NCBI RefSeq assembly: GCF_001194135.2
Contig: NC_068984.1
Span: forward strand, 145,418,351-145,469,962
Direction of reading: 5' to 3'
From: Octopus bimaculoides
Taxonomy: Eukaryota
Length of the DNA: 51,612 nt
Shown here piece after piece: positions 36,586-49,840 of the stretch; within the stretch, counting starts at the first letter, position 1; each line of letters starts with the position of its first letter. The position numbers and the translations under genes were made by a program. The notes below the pieces were generated by a model. The model did no database searches, was not told the origin of the DNA, and saw only the letters and a program-made list of their open reading frames with translations.

Positions 36586-37454
36586 AAGGCAATACCATAA
36601 AGCTATCTTTATAATGAAACCATTATCAAAATTTCTACATGGGCACTCTAATTACAAGAAATAGTAGTTAAATCTCCTTCCCATCAGGCAATACCAGCTT
36701 AAGACTTTTTTGTTATTATTTTTCTTAGGTTCAAGGACACATAACATCGATTATCAGGTTTCCATGATGTATGAAGTCACAACACTCCCTTGAATGGGCT
36801 CTGGTGTGTTGCAGGGTTCAAAGCCAGCTATTTGGAGAGGAGGGGACAAGTTGATTACACTGACCCCAGTATTTGTCTCAAGTAATTCATTTTATCAACT
36901 CTACATAAATCCATCTGAATAACTTGACAAAAAGAAAGGATGGTTATGGCTGACACCCCTTTGGCCTAAACCTGCTAGATCAAGGCTGACCTTGAAGTAG
37001 ATCAGGGCTGGATCAAGGCTGACCCTGAAGTAAACAGCCCACAACAATAGCATTCTTTGCACATCAAATTTCTTTTCTCTTCATTCCCCATTTCAACTGA
37101 CAGCTTCCCGTTAAGAATTAAATTGTACAAATATCTTAAACTCATTTGCAGAAATTAAAAACTAAACTCTCTGCAACTTCACTCTCAAATGACAGAAAGT
37201 ATTTTCTTCTTGACGGATAACATTTCAGAAATAATAAACCACACAATCTGAAAACAACGGGGGGGAGGGGTGGGGCTAAGGCTTACACAGACAGAATGTA
37301 AATTTAAAAGTGCTTATATATAAATATTAGTCTAAGCTGCAGAAATGACAGCTATTTCAATACTATTCTTCATACCGTTATTCCTCGTATTTGTAGAATA
37401 GCACTCCAACTTGGGACTATGTTCGTTTTACTGCCACTCGGTTACAACGTTGAG

Positions 37455-37745
37455 GGTTCCAGATGATCCGATCAATGGAGCAACCTGCTTGTGGAATTAA
37501 CATGCATGTGGCTGAGTACTCCACAGACCTTAATGTAGTTTTCAAGGAGATTCAGTGTGACACAGAATGTGGCATGGCTGGCCCCTTTTGAATTACAGGT
37601 ACAACTCATTTTTGCCAGCTGAGTGGACTGGAGCAACGTGAAATAAAGTGCCTTGCTCAAGGACACAGCGTGCCATCAGGAATTGAACTCCTGGCCTCAC
37701 GATTGTAAACTGAATACCCTAACCCCAAAGCCACATGCCTTCACA
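37455..37745 (-). mobile_element. tRNA-derived SINE family A, near full length
   Basis: The reverse strand reads B-box gagttcaattcc, then tgtgtccttgagcaaggcactttatttcacgttgctccagtccactcagctggcaaaaatgag...gatcggatc. Related pieces lie at 12480-12670(+), 23265-23390(-), 41200-41370(-) and 49020-49170(-). Confidence 0.8.
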
Positions 37746-37838
37746 TGTCAGGGCAGGAGCCATGGGTGAATGATGGAGGGCTGATCAAAGCCTTGTCAGT
37801 GGATTCGGTAAATGGAAAATGAAAGAAGCCCATTGCGT

Positions 37839-37880
<42 letters not shown>

Positions 37881-38659
37881 NNNNNNNNNNGTGTGTGTGT
37901 GTGTGTGTGTGAGTATATATATATATATATATATGTTTGTACCCCACCACCACTTGACAACCAAGTAAAAGATGAGATACACACATACACACACGCACGC
38001 GCACACACATATACATACATACATATTCATGACAAAATTATACAAAGTAGATGTTTGGGGTATTTTCCCTGCCGTTTCTCTCTCAACCTCTCCGACCATT
38101 TTTTTCTCTTTACATGGATATGACACAGAATACCAATAAAACTTTGGCTTCAGTTGTAACTTCCAGTTTATTCGGAACAAAGAAAGCAAACTATTCAAGT
38201 GACTGGAAGAAGAACGGAGGAGATGGAGAAATGTGAAAGACATGTGAATGATAGAGGAAGGAAAATACTGGATTAATTACAGGATAAAGTCAGACTTCAT
38301 TCCAGATCAGGAATTATAAAGTAGATGCTCTTTTGCCATTTCTGACTATAAACAGCCTTTGATTGTTGGCCAAAGATGAGGCCTGGCCACATAGTGGAAG
38401 AATAAGTCTACTGCACAGCCATTAGTGGTTTCATTCTAACCAAGTAAAAAAACTCATCACTCTGAATGTCTTCAATGGAAAATATTTAAATATTTCTCTC
38501 TCTCTCTCTCTCCTTTCATGAATCTTTTTCATTTATTCCCCCGATCTCAGCGCATGTTTATTGTGATATTTAAGGTAGTTTAGAGCCATTTGACATCTTC
38601 TTTTAGCATGTGGCTAAGCCTGTGTACTTACTCGCTTGCCCTTAATACAAAATTATATA

Positions 38660-38700
<41 letters not shown>

Positions 38701-39304
38701 CTTTTACTTGTTTCAGTCAATGGTCTGAGGTCATGTTGGGATATGGCCTTAGGGAATTTTGGCCGAATAAATTGTCTCCAGTAATTGTTTGATTTTTTTT
38801 AAAAGCCTAATACTTATTCTATCAGTCTTTTCTGTCAAACTGCTAAGTTACAGAGTGTAAACACATGAACACCAGTTGTCAAGCAATGGTGGGGTCTAAC
38901 AAAGACACACAAATATATGATGGGCCTCTTTCAGTTTCTTTCTCCTAAATCNNNNNNNNNNNNNNNNNNNNNNNNNNNNNNNNNNNNNNNNNNNNNNNNN
39001 NNNNNNNNNNNNNNNNNNNNNNNNNNNNNNNNNNNNNNNNNNNNNNNNNNNNNNNNNNNNNNNNNNNNNNNNNNNNNNNNNNNNNNNNNNNNNNNNNNNN
39101 NNNNNNNNNNNNNNNNNNNNNNNNNNNNNNNNNNNNNNNNNNNNNNNNNNNNNNNNNNNNNNNNNNNNNNNNNNNNNNNNNNNNNNNNNNNNNNNNNNNN
39201 NNNNNNNNNNNNNNNNNNNNNNNNNNNNNNNNNNNNNTATAGTGAGAATTTACAAAAAAACAACAAATAGATGTATTAGTTTAACGCTTGGGAAATGAGA
39301 AAGT

Positions 39305-39337
39305 CTTTTACATTTCGAGCCTATGCTCTTCGGCAGA
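39305..39337 (-). ncRNA. Decayed minimal hammerhead motif (A6>C, C15.2>T; stem I truncated by microsatellite)
   Basis: CTGCCGA-A-GAGC-atag-GCTC-GAAAT-GTA^AAAG. The downstream flank resembles that of the 15509-15543 copy. Confidence 0.5.
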
Positions 39338-39340
39338 TAA

Positions 39341-39375
<35 letters not shown>

Positions 39376-40277
39376 AATATACAAATAAATGAGAGGCTTC
39401 CAGAGTTTCCATTTCCTGAATTCACCAATAAGGCAGGCATCGACTGACCCAGAACTATAGAAGACATTTGCCAAGATATTGCAAAATGGGACTGAACCCA
39501 AACCCATTTGGTTGCAAAGTGAATGTCTTAACTCTACAGCCAATATAATATAGAAGAAGAAAAATGTGTCCTGGTACTTATTGCTAAGCAAAACCACACC
39601 AGTTTGAATGGACTTCTTCAATGGAAAGCATTTGGAAAGCAGTTAAATGCTTGTTGTGTGTGTGTGTGTAATCTAATTTAGAAGAAAAAAAATTGTAACA
39701 TTGTATGTGCAATGTTTGTTTGTGTCAGTTCATGTGATGTGTATCACTACGACTTGTCTTATTAAGGACCTCTGTTGGTGGAGTCAACCATTTAATTTTG
39801 CTTTATAAGTGAAGGCCCAGACAAGGTTTTTTTTTCCCTTTTTTTTTTTAGAAGACTGTCAACTGTCCGTATATCCAAGTCTTCCCTCTGCACAACTGCA
39901 ACGTTACCTAAAAGAAAAGCACTATCTTAGCATCTTTGAGATAATACATCTTAGTACCAGGATCATCACAGCAATTGTTCTCCAAATGCATAGGGCTTCA
40001 ACGAATACGTTAAGGCCTGTCATTCGATGCTCTAACAATTTTGTCAATCAAGTGTCTTTGAGCAGAACTGGTTTTATTAAACCCCAAAAGGATAAAAAGC
40101 AAAGCCGACCTTGGCAAGACTTGAACTCAGAACACAGAGCACATTCTATCCTACCCGATGCACTAACGACTCCAATTCTCCACTTGCAACTTCTGCTTTA
40201 ACATCTCAGATTATCCAAGAAGCATGATGTTGTATCATTTGTCAATGATACCAAAGATGGTGTTGACTCAGGTGATG

Positions 40278-40395
40278 TCACAGCTGCTAGTCAAATGATG
40301 TCACAGTTGCTATCCAGATGGTGTCTCAGCTTGTGTCTATATGACATCACAGCTGGTGTCTTTAGGATGTCATACCTCATGTCTACATTAGAGTA
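40278..40395. repeat. Degenerate 23-bp tandem repeat, about 5 copies
   Basis: gatgtcacagctgctagtcaaat / gatgtcacagttgctatccagat / ggtgtctcagcttgtgtctatat / gacatcacagctggtgtctttag / gatgtcatacctcatgtctacat. Confidence 0.7.
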
Positions 40396-40727
40396 GATGT
40401 GAGATATGCAACTGAACATTGCAAAGGTACTTCAAGACCGACTTAGAATGGCAGGCTGTGTGCAACAAGGCTGACTCTTAGAATTGCAGGTAAAAGTTCA
40501 ACCAATCTATTTCCACAGTTTCCATTCAATCAGTTTTACTCACAAGGTTTCGGCTGACCGAAGCTATGGCTGAAGACACTTTTGCCAGGGAGTCTTGCAG
40601 CAGGACCAAACCTGGGATCTTATGATTCTGAAGCAAACTTCATAACTACTGGGTCACACCTGGACCTACACACGTGTACACACACACACACACACACACA
40701 CACATGCATGCATGCACACGCATGCAT

Positions 40728-40761
<34 letters not shown>

Positions 40762-40896
40762 TTATATATAAACTTTGTAGTGGTGTACAGATTTTATATA
40801 TTAATGAAAGAAAACAATATCAGGATAAATATTATCTATTTAGCATTTTTATCCCCTTCAGAGATTCATCATTCTTCTATTATCAATATACATCTC

Positions 40897-41068
40897 TCAG
40901 GCACAGGAGAGGCTGTGTGGTAAGTAGCTTGCTTACCAACCACATGGTTCCGGGTTCAGTCCCACTGCATGGCACCATGGGCAAGTGTCTTCTACTATAG
41001 CCTCGGGCCGACCAAAGCCTTGTGAGTGGATTTGGTAGACGGAAACTGAAAGAAGCCCATCGTATATA

Positions 41069-41070
<2 letters not shown>
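40897..41070 (+). mobile_element. SINE family B 5' half, least diverged copy in the window
   Basis: ggctgtgtggtaagtagcttgcttaccaaccacatggttccgggttcagtcccactgcatggcaccatgggcaagtgtcttctactatagcctcgggccgaccaaagcc, running into (TG)n. Confidence 0.9.
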
Positions 41071-41104
<34 letters not shown>

Positions 41105-42644
41105 TTTTGCTAATGATTTAAGGTACCTTTAAGGTTCTAAGCAATCTTAAAGAGTCTTTCAACCCCATCACTCATTAATCAGCAGAATATCTAAGATGTA
41201 ACAAGTGGAAGGAGATGAAAACTCCCTCCGGCAGCTGGCAGGTATTCATTTTCAGCTGAGTGGGTTGGGGTCATGAGAAATGAAGTGACTTGCTCAAGGA
41301 CAAAAGAAGCATTGCACAGTCTGGAAGTGAAACCAAAGACCTCCTGATCATAAACCGAACACCTTAACCACCCAGTCGCCCCCCCACACACACACACACA
41401 CAGTCAAACCAGGGTTTGAGCTTGTTACAATGTCATCATCGTTGTTTTAACATCCATTTTTCCAAGCTTGCAAGGGTCAACAGAATTTGATGGGGCAGAA
41501 TGGCAGAATTTGTACAGCTAGATGCACTTTGTGTAACCGACCCTCACTTGTTTGAAGGACTTCCAGAAATGTTTTAACAGATGATTGGAAATGAAGACTG
41601 ATGGTGGAACTTGTTTACGATGATCATGTGATGTCAAGGCAAAAAGACACTAACATACACAAATATATAAGTATATATCTACATGTATACAATAGGCTTC
41701 TTTCTACTATAACCCTGGGCAGCTATAGGTCAGGGCTATAGTAGAAAACACTTGCTCAAGGTACCACGCAGTGAGACTGAACCCAAAACCATATGGTTGG
41801 GAAGTAAACTTCTTACCACACAGTTACACCTGTACAAATTTATAAGGTAAATCAAAAAACCATTTCCTAGAAAGCAGTAATACTGTTGTAAATTATCTTA
41901 AAAAATACATGTTGACAGAGAAACCATGATGCACTCATTAAATACAGGATCCACCTCAACAATTCAGTTATATCCAGGGACATTAGAATGGAGCTACTAC
42001 ACCAGAGAGGTCAATAGAGGGAGATAACTGATTTACTGCTTCCTAGATTACAAATTGTTGGAGAAGATTCAATAAATACATCTTCTAGACTAAGAAACAA
42101 CTTTGAAATAAAACAGAAGTAATTGAAAATCAAAAATATCTTTGTGTCAGTAGCTAAAATGTACATTAAATTTGAAGAAAAGTCCATAAATATACCAGCT
42201 AAAAGGGTCTCCAATAACGACTTATGAATAAAAAAAGATAAAACTACAAACAAAACCAAAACTGATGCAAAAATGTCCATGTTCAAATCAATTTACATGG
42301 CTTTCTTTCATTGATCTTTACATCTCCAGAATAGAATGACTACAGATGCCTATTTTGTTAGGTCAGAATCTGCAAAAAGATTGGGATAATGGAAGAAAAA
42401 ATGTAATATATTATCCCCATTGAATGAAGTATGTGCTTGTTACTGTTACTGTTGTTGTGTTTACACAAGCTGCAGAGGTTAATTTAGCAGTTTATTTTGG
42501 CTTTCTTCTTCCATTGCTGCTTAGTTTCCAAGTCAATCTATCCTCTGACATTAATATCATTATTGCATCAATTCCCGTCCTTCACTGGAACATTTACATC
42601 CTTTATCAACACCATTTCCAATACCCCATACAATGTTCAACACA

Positions 42645-42680
<36 letters not shown>

Positions 42681-45600
42681 GTAGTTATGATGTGTTCTGT
42701 TAATAATGTAGTAGAGTACAGTATAAAGCTTGTCCACCTTCAGATTTCATCCGGTGCTATCCAGTCGTAGTATTATACGTACTTCCAGGTTTGCGTTTGA
42801 GCTTTGGTCATGTGTGAAAAGGTAATTGAAAAATTTGGAGTCATTAAAAAATAAATGTCCAAGCAACCCCTTCTTACTGACTCCAGTTTTTTCACTTATT
42901 TATATGCATATACACATTTACATACACGTTTGAACATGTTTGTAACATTTGAGTAGGGTTTATTTGTCCAAAGTTGAACTTGCTAGTTATAAGAGATCTC
43001 ATGACAGCATTCAATAATTGAAGTGATGGCCTTGTGTTGTAAAAAAGTGGCAATCACCCCCCCCCCCACACACACACACATTATATAGGTGCACTGGTAC
43101 AGGTGTGATTGTGTGGTTTTAAGAAGTTTACTGAGCTTGGAAACAGGTGAGGATTGACAACAGGAAAGGCATCTGTTCATAGAAACCTAATCTCGACAAA
43201 TTCCAAATGACCCAAGTAATTATGAATACAAAAATGGACATTAAAGCAACAATGATGGCAATGAAGAAAATGTGATAATTCCTCATCTCAGAAGAAGTTC
43301 CAACAGAAGCTTTGTTGTTCAGTGGTAAAATCCTTAAAATGGTCCTCAACACAGTATGTCTAATGCCCCAAGTTCAAAATTTCTCTATGTCGATACAAAT
43401 CATTTTCATTACTTTGAAAAATTCAATAATACCTGAAAATCTCACAGAAGAAATCAATAAAAGACAATCGGGACGCTCAGATTCCTTTCTCTGGTCAAAA
43501 AGAATTCAGTTCATATTTTATACATTCTAATCGTACAATCATGCATTATCTACCTAACAGCATTACATAACATGGACAGCTAACAAGGAAGGAGTCTGCA
43601 GCATGAACAAAGAATGTTTGTCTGACATCATCATCGTTACCATTTTATACCAGTTCTCTACACTAGCATGGGTTGGAGGGTTCCACAGGGGCTGGTGAGC
43701 TAGCAGACTGTACCAAGCTCCAGTGTTTGTCTCGTGGTTTTAATATGGCTGGAAGCCCTTCCTAATGCCAACCTCTTTACAGAATGTACTGGCTGCCTTT
43801 TATGTGGCACCAACATCAGTGAGGTTAGCAAGCAACTAGTAAAACAAGACCCCCTCAACTGCAGTGGGGAGTAGTATCGAGAGGGGTGACTTTATGCCAA
43901 GTGAAGACAGGTCAATGGAGAGAATCAAAGATATTTTCTAAATGAATTAATATTCTTAGAACCAGATTAAAATCTTTGGTTCTTCTGAAAAATGTTCAGA
44001 CAAAAACAGTTTTTTTGTTGTTTTGTTTTTGCTTGTTCTCCTTGCCATTGTTGCTTTTTTTTTTTAACAATTTTTTTGTAAATTTAATTGAGTTATCTTT
44101 AAAAAATATAAAGACCTAACATTAAAAACCATTCCATTAGATTAAAAAGAAATGCTACATACATTTTCTCGTAGACACTAACTTCAAAGAAAAATGATTT
44201 TCTTAAGAGACCCATTTTGAAAACATAAATTCCAGACTAGAACTAAACCGTCTTATATGTATATTTACACGGAACTTGTATATTAAAAGTGTAGCATAAA
44301 ATAGCGGAGCTAATTGTTTTTGCTTATTTTATTTACTTTAAGAAAAACAAACAACAAATCTGTTAAGTCTAAATGCGTTAATATATCAGAAGATTATCTA
44401 AATGAATTCAATGAAATGTCTTTTCCAGAAATTCCTGATATTGTAGCTGCGAGGTTTAACTAGAAATGCATTCTTTATCACTGGGATTATTACATCTTGG
44501 ATGAAAATACACAAAATTTTTTATGTCTGCTGAAAGAATCGATTGGGAGAAAGAGAGAGAGAACAATGTATTTTCTTGATGTCCCAGGAAATGGACTTTT
44601 GGGTTTAAACATATAATTGCTGGCTTAACTAAACATGCAGCATCAGAAGGAGTCAAAAGACTTGCTTGAGGATGCAACTGTGCAGTTTCCAAATTCTATA
44701 GAATACAAAAATGCTATGGAATGACATAAACCAATATATTCTTTTATTTGTTTCAGTCATTTGACTGCAGCCATGCTGGAGCATCGCCTTCAGTCGAGCA
44801 AATCAACCCCAGGACTTATTCTTTGTAAGCCTAGTACTTATTCTATCGGTCTCTTTTGCTGAACTGCTAAGTTACAGGGACGTAAACACACCAGCATCTG
44901 TTGTCAAGTGATGTTGGGGGAACAAACATAGACACACAAACACACATCCATATATATATGCTCCAGATGCCTTGTGGTGCCTGCACCTATCCGTCCATTG
45001 TAAGTCATTATCATCATCATCATCATCGTTTAACGTCCGTTTTCCATGCTGGCATGGGTTGGACAGTTCAACCAGGGTCTGGAAAGCCAGGAGGCTGCAC
45101 CAGGCCCCAATCTGATCTGGCAGACTTTCTACAGCTGGATGCCCTTCCTAATGCCAACCACTCCGAGAGTGCAGTGGGTGCTTTTTACGTGCCACCAGCA
45201 CAGGGGCCAGAGGAGCTGACAACGACCACGATCGGATGGTGCTTTTTACATGCCACCGGCACATACATAATGTACGTAATTCCTCATCTCAAAAATATAG
45301 AATGGAATATTTGCTAAAACGATATTTCTGCCTCAGCAACCCAGCACTGAATCTCCTGAGATGTAATGGAAAATAGGTCAGTTTCAAAATATTGGTGTCC
45401 AGGTCACAGAAACGAAATTTGAAGGGAATAGTGGTCATTTCCTTTGAATTCTAGATAGAGAAGCAAACAAGACATAACATTTACTGACCAAAGACAAAAA
45501 ATAATAAAAATTATGTTACTAGGAGTTATTGATTTATAGGGGTTGAGAAAGAAGATGTGTGGCAACCCTGCCCCTTCCTCAAGGACCAGGGCAGTATCAA

Positions 45601-47200
45601 TGAAGGTGAGGTGCTGATAACACCTAAACAAGATGTTTCTTCTCTTTCTTTGATCTTTGGTGAATGTAGCTTTGACTGGGAGAAGTTCATGCCATCATAC
45701 AGCATCTCATGGTCAATGGATGTTTTCATCTTGAACTACAACACTGTCACTGGTCTGTTGGTTGGATCAGCAGTGGTGGCCAAATCACTGCTCATCATCT
45801 TCCCCTGGCTTCCAGCTTAACTCTTCTCTCTTGTTCCAGCAACAAGCATCACAACAACCACACAACTGCATAACAACTCAGCTTGCCAAGAATCTATTAC
45901 AAGAGTTTTGTGATTAACAAAACAGAAAATTAAGAATAATTTCTTCAAACATTTCTTACGATAAAATCAATTGGAGCAATTTTGATGATCATTATTTGAC
46001 CCTAATTAAATGCCCCCCCCCACCATCACACTCATCAATGACCCTCCATTTTGAATCATAATTAATTAAAAATGATTTAAAATCAAGCAGAGAAGTGAGA
46101 GATGTAATTTCAAATGTTGCTAATTGTCTCAGCTTCATTGATTTAAGGTCAGCTACAGATGGCANNNNNNNNNNNNNNNNNNNNNNNNNNNNNNNNNNNN
46201 NNNNNNNNNNNNNNNNNNNNNNNNNNNNNNNNNNNNNNNNNNNNNNNNNNNNNNNNNNNNNNNNNNNNNNNNNNNNNNNNNNNNNNNNNNNNNNNNNNNN
46301 NNNNNNNNNNNNNNNNNNNNNNNNNNNNNNNNNNNNNNNNNNNNNNNNNNNNNNNNNNNNNNNNNNNNNNNNNNNNNNNNNNNNNNNNNNNNNNNNNNNN
46401 NNNNNNNNNNNNNNNNNNNNNNNNNNNNNNNNNNNNNNNNNNNNNNNNNNNNNNNNNNNNNNNNNNNNNNNNNNNNNNNNNNNNNNNNNNNNNNNNNNNN
46501 NNNNNNNNNNNNNNNNNNNNNNNNNNNNNNNNNNNNNNNNNNNNNNNNNNNNNNNNNNNNNNNNNTATATGTATATATATATATGTATATAAGATACCAT
46601 GGTGTGTGTGTGTGTGTAGATATGCAGACAATGGGCTTCTTTCAGTTTCCATCTACCAAATCCACTCACAAGGCTTTGGTTAGCTCGAGGCTGTAGTAGA
46701 ACATACTTGCCCAAGGTGCCACGGAGTGGAAGTGAACCCTGAACCATGTGGTTGGGAAGCAAAGTTCTTTCCACTTAGCCACGCCGACAACTGATAACAA
46801 AGAAAATCCAATAACAAGCCTTAATTAACGAATTCTCTAATCACTGCAATTCCTCATGGAACAATAATGGTAAACTAAACATAATGGAAAATGTACAAAG
46901 TTCAAACTCATTGCAAAGGCATTCGTTCTATCAATTTGCTTTTAGTGTTTCCATCAGACTGGAATGGAATTGAAACCAATTTCTGAGTTAGGAAGAAACA
47001 AGAACTTCCTTCTTAATAGAATTTCTGTTACTGACAGTTCTTCAGTCTTTGACAGCTCAGTGACAGACATATCCAAACTTCCATGTAAACAACAGCACTT
47101 TCACTACCACCCCCCACTCACCCCCACCCCTGCCGATGTGATGGTGGTTCTGTGTGTCTGAGTAAAATGTAACAACAGTTAGTGAGGAAAACTTATAAAT

Positions 47201-47232
<32 letters not shown>

Positions 47233-47534
47233 GCTGCTACTGCTGCTGCTACCACTACTACCACCACCTAACCATCATTATCGCTACTAGTAGTATTAGT
47301 AACTGTGGTAGGTGTAATAGTATAACCACTTCTTTCGCCACTAGTACCAGCCAAGCAGCACCACCACCACTCACCACCACCGGCAACACCACAACCACAA
47401 GAGCAAAGTAATAAATGTGGAACCTGCATGTGGTTGTTCAACCTGCAAGACATAGCAGTCAAAACTGCCACAAATAACACCCTGCTATCCTGTAAAAAGA
47501 AGAACAACCCTTTTCAATTTTCTTATATTTTTAT

Positions 47535-47915
47535 ATTCGTTTACTTGTTTCAGTCATTTGACTGCGGCCATGCTGGAGCACCGCCTTTAGTCAGACAAAT
47601 CGACCCCAGGACTTATTCTTTGTAAGCCTAGTACTTATTCTATCAGTCTCTTTTGCAGAACTGCTAATTTATGAGGATGTAAACACACTGTCATTGGCTG
47701 TCAGGTGATGGTGAGGGGACAGACACACAAACATATACACACATATATATATATATGTGCATACAAATGACAGACTTCTTTCAGTTTCCGTCTACCAAAT
47801 CCACTGACAAGGCTTTGGTCAGCCTGAAGCTATAGTAGAAGATGCTTGCCCAAGGTGCCATGCAGTGGGACTGAACCCAGAACCATGTGGTTGGAAAGCA
47901 AGATTCTTACCACAC
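47535..47915 (-). mobile_element. SINE family B, near full length
   Basis: Both halves plus a TA/CA linker. Confidence 0.85.
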
Positions 47916-49324
47916 AACAACACCTTTGAACACATTTTAAAATTTTTATACGCAGATCTAATTATTCTGTATAATCTCTCTCTACAAAATAATTTGTTGC
48001 CAATTTTCTGGGTAAGACCAAAACTCATTCTCTGCTCCCTCTCACAGACACTGATTCCGAACCCGTTTAAAGATTTGTCAGAGGTCAGAGTTCAGACAAC
48101 CCTTTCAACTCTAATCGTTTAAACAACAGAAGCACATGGCTTTGGATTGAATCCCTCTGCACAGTAGACTGTGCCAAATGCCTGCGACCAGACAATGGCA
48201 TCAACCAATGCTTCGTGGGCGAATTTGATGGATTAGAATGGTGTGAAATTCTACTGGAGGAACCATTCCTATTTTGGAATGGTAGACTTAATTTAATACC
48301 ACCAACTGGTCCTTCGGTTCCTTTAGTAGAGTTCACTCTGTTGTAAATATTTGGAGCAGGTCTCTCCCTCCCCCACCCCACCACAATTCTTTTCAAGATT
48401 TCCAAGACCCTGATAAAATCATGGGCACTGCTATTCCTCCCTCTCACTGGGCAAAAACAAAAACGTTTTAATCCACTTAATCTGTAATGGTTTAAGATTA
48501 TTTTCAACAGCTTTTACAAGAAATGCTTTTATTATTCATAAAACTAAGAAATTTGATCATTGTTCCCAAGTTTAGCTTCTCTGCAGACACAATGGAAAGT
48601 TACACCAAGCAAAGTTTGTGGGTTTGTATCTTGTTACCATCACATTACTACACAGTATTTTTTACAAAGACACCAAACTCTCACTGCGTGGTGGTAGTGG
48701 TGGTGGTGGTAGTAGTAGTAATAGTAGTAATAATGGTAGCATAACTTAGTACAATTTACTACAGTAAATTTGAAGGGTGTTGTGTAAATTGTGAAAGATT
48801 CTCTGGATTGTATTATGAACTCTTAATATTTCTCATGAGTAAACTCCAAATAATCTCCAAACTGTTTGGTTTTAGATTTAGGTCTGTCGTGAGTTTGAGA
48901 ACTCATAAAGTTGGAGCTTAAACCAGTTTCCATGTTGTATATAAACTGACCGAAATTACAGCCCCCACCCCACCCCACATGAACAGGACACCAGTCTATC
49001 AGAGGATTAACTTCCCAGCTATTGCTGGTGTTCATTTACAGCTGAGTGGACTGGATCAACATGAAATGAAGTATTTTGCTCAAGAACACAAAGCGCCACC
49101 TGGTTTGAAAATCAAAACAATGACCCTGCGAACATGAGTGCCACATCATAATCACTGTGCCATACACCTTCATGAACTGTTTAGTAAACTTGTATGATTG
49201 AAATAATATTAGTAATTGAGTTAATATTCTACCTTGGTGCCTAACGATTCCTAATTAGATTTTTAATGCTTACTACATTAAATTTGTTAATACTAACTTG
49301 TGAAGGTAAGGAGCTGTGAAGGCA

Positions 49325-49840
49325 TCATCATCATCGCTTAATGTCCGCTTTCCATGCTGGCATGGGTTGGACGGTTTGACTAAGGACTGGGAAGCCAGGA
49401 GGCTGCACCAGGCTCCAATCTGATCTGGCAAAATTTCTACAGCTGGATGCCCTTCCTAACACTAACCACTCCGAGAGTGTAGTGTGTGCTTTTGTGTGCC
49501 AGTCAGGTGGTTCTCGCAATGACCAAGCTCAAAAGGTGTTTTTCAAGTGCTACCTGCACAGGAACCAGTCCAGCGCACTGGCAAATACCACGCTCGAATG
49601 TTGTCTTTCACGTGCCACCGGCACATGTGCCAGTAAGGCAACGCTGGCAACGATCACACTCAAATGGTGCTTTTTACGTGCCACTGGCACAGAAACCTAT
49701 TTGTGGCCCTGGTAACGATCATTCTCAGATGTGCTTTTAACATTCCACTGGCATGAGTGCCAATCAAGCGGTACTGTCATCGGCCACGTCAGCAATTTTG
49801 ATTTGATTTCACTTGCCTCAATAGGTCTTTGCAAGCAAAG
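49325..49840 (-). mobile_element. RTE-clade LINE 3' end with several ~66-bp UTR units
   Basis: Reverse complement of the family terminus, followed by about four copies of the UTR unit and part of the upstream UTR. Confidence 0.85.

Noticed and set aside
44456-46165. Several 60-90-codon protein-like frames on both strands (44456-44692, 45557-45820, 45992-46164)
   Set aside because: Strand assignment is inconsistent between segments, the frames end in stops without usable donors, and no family is recognised.
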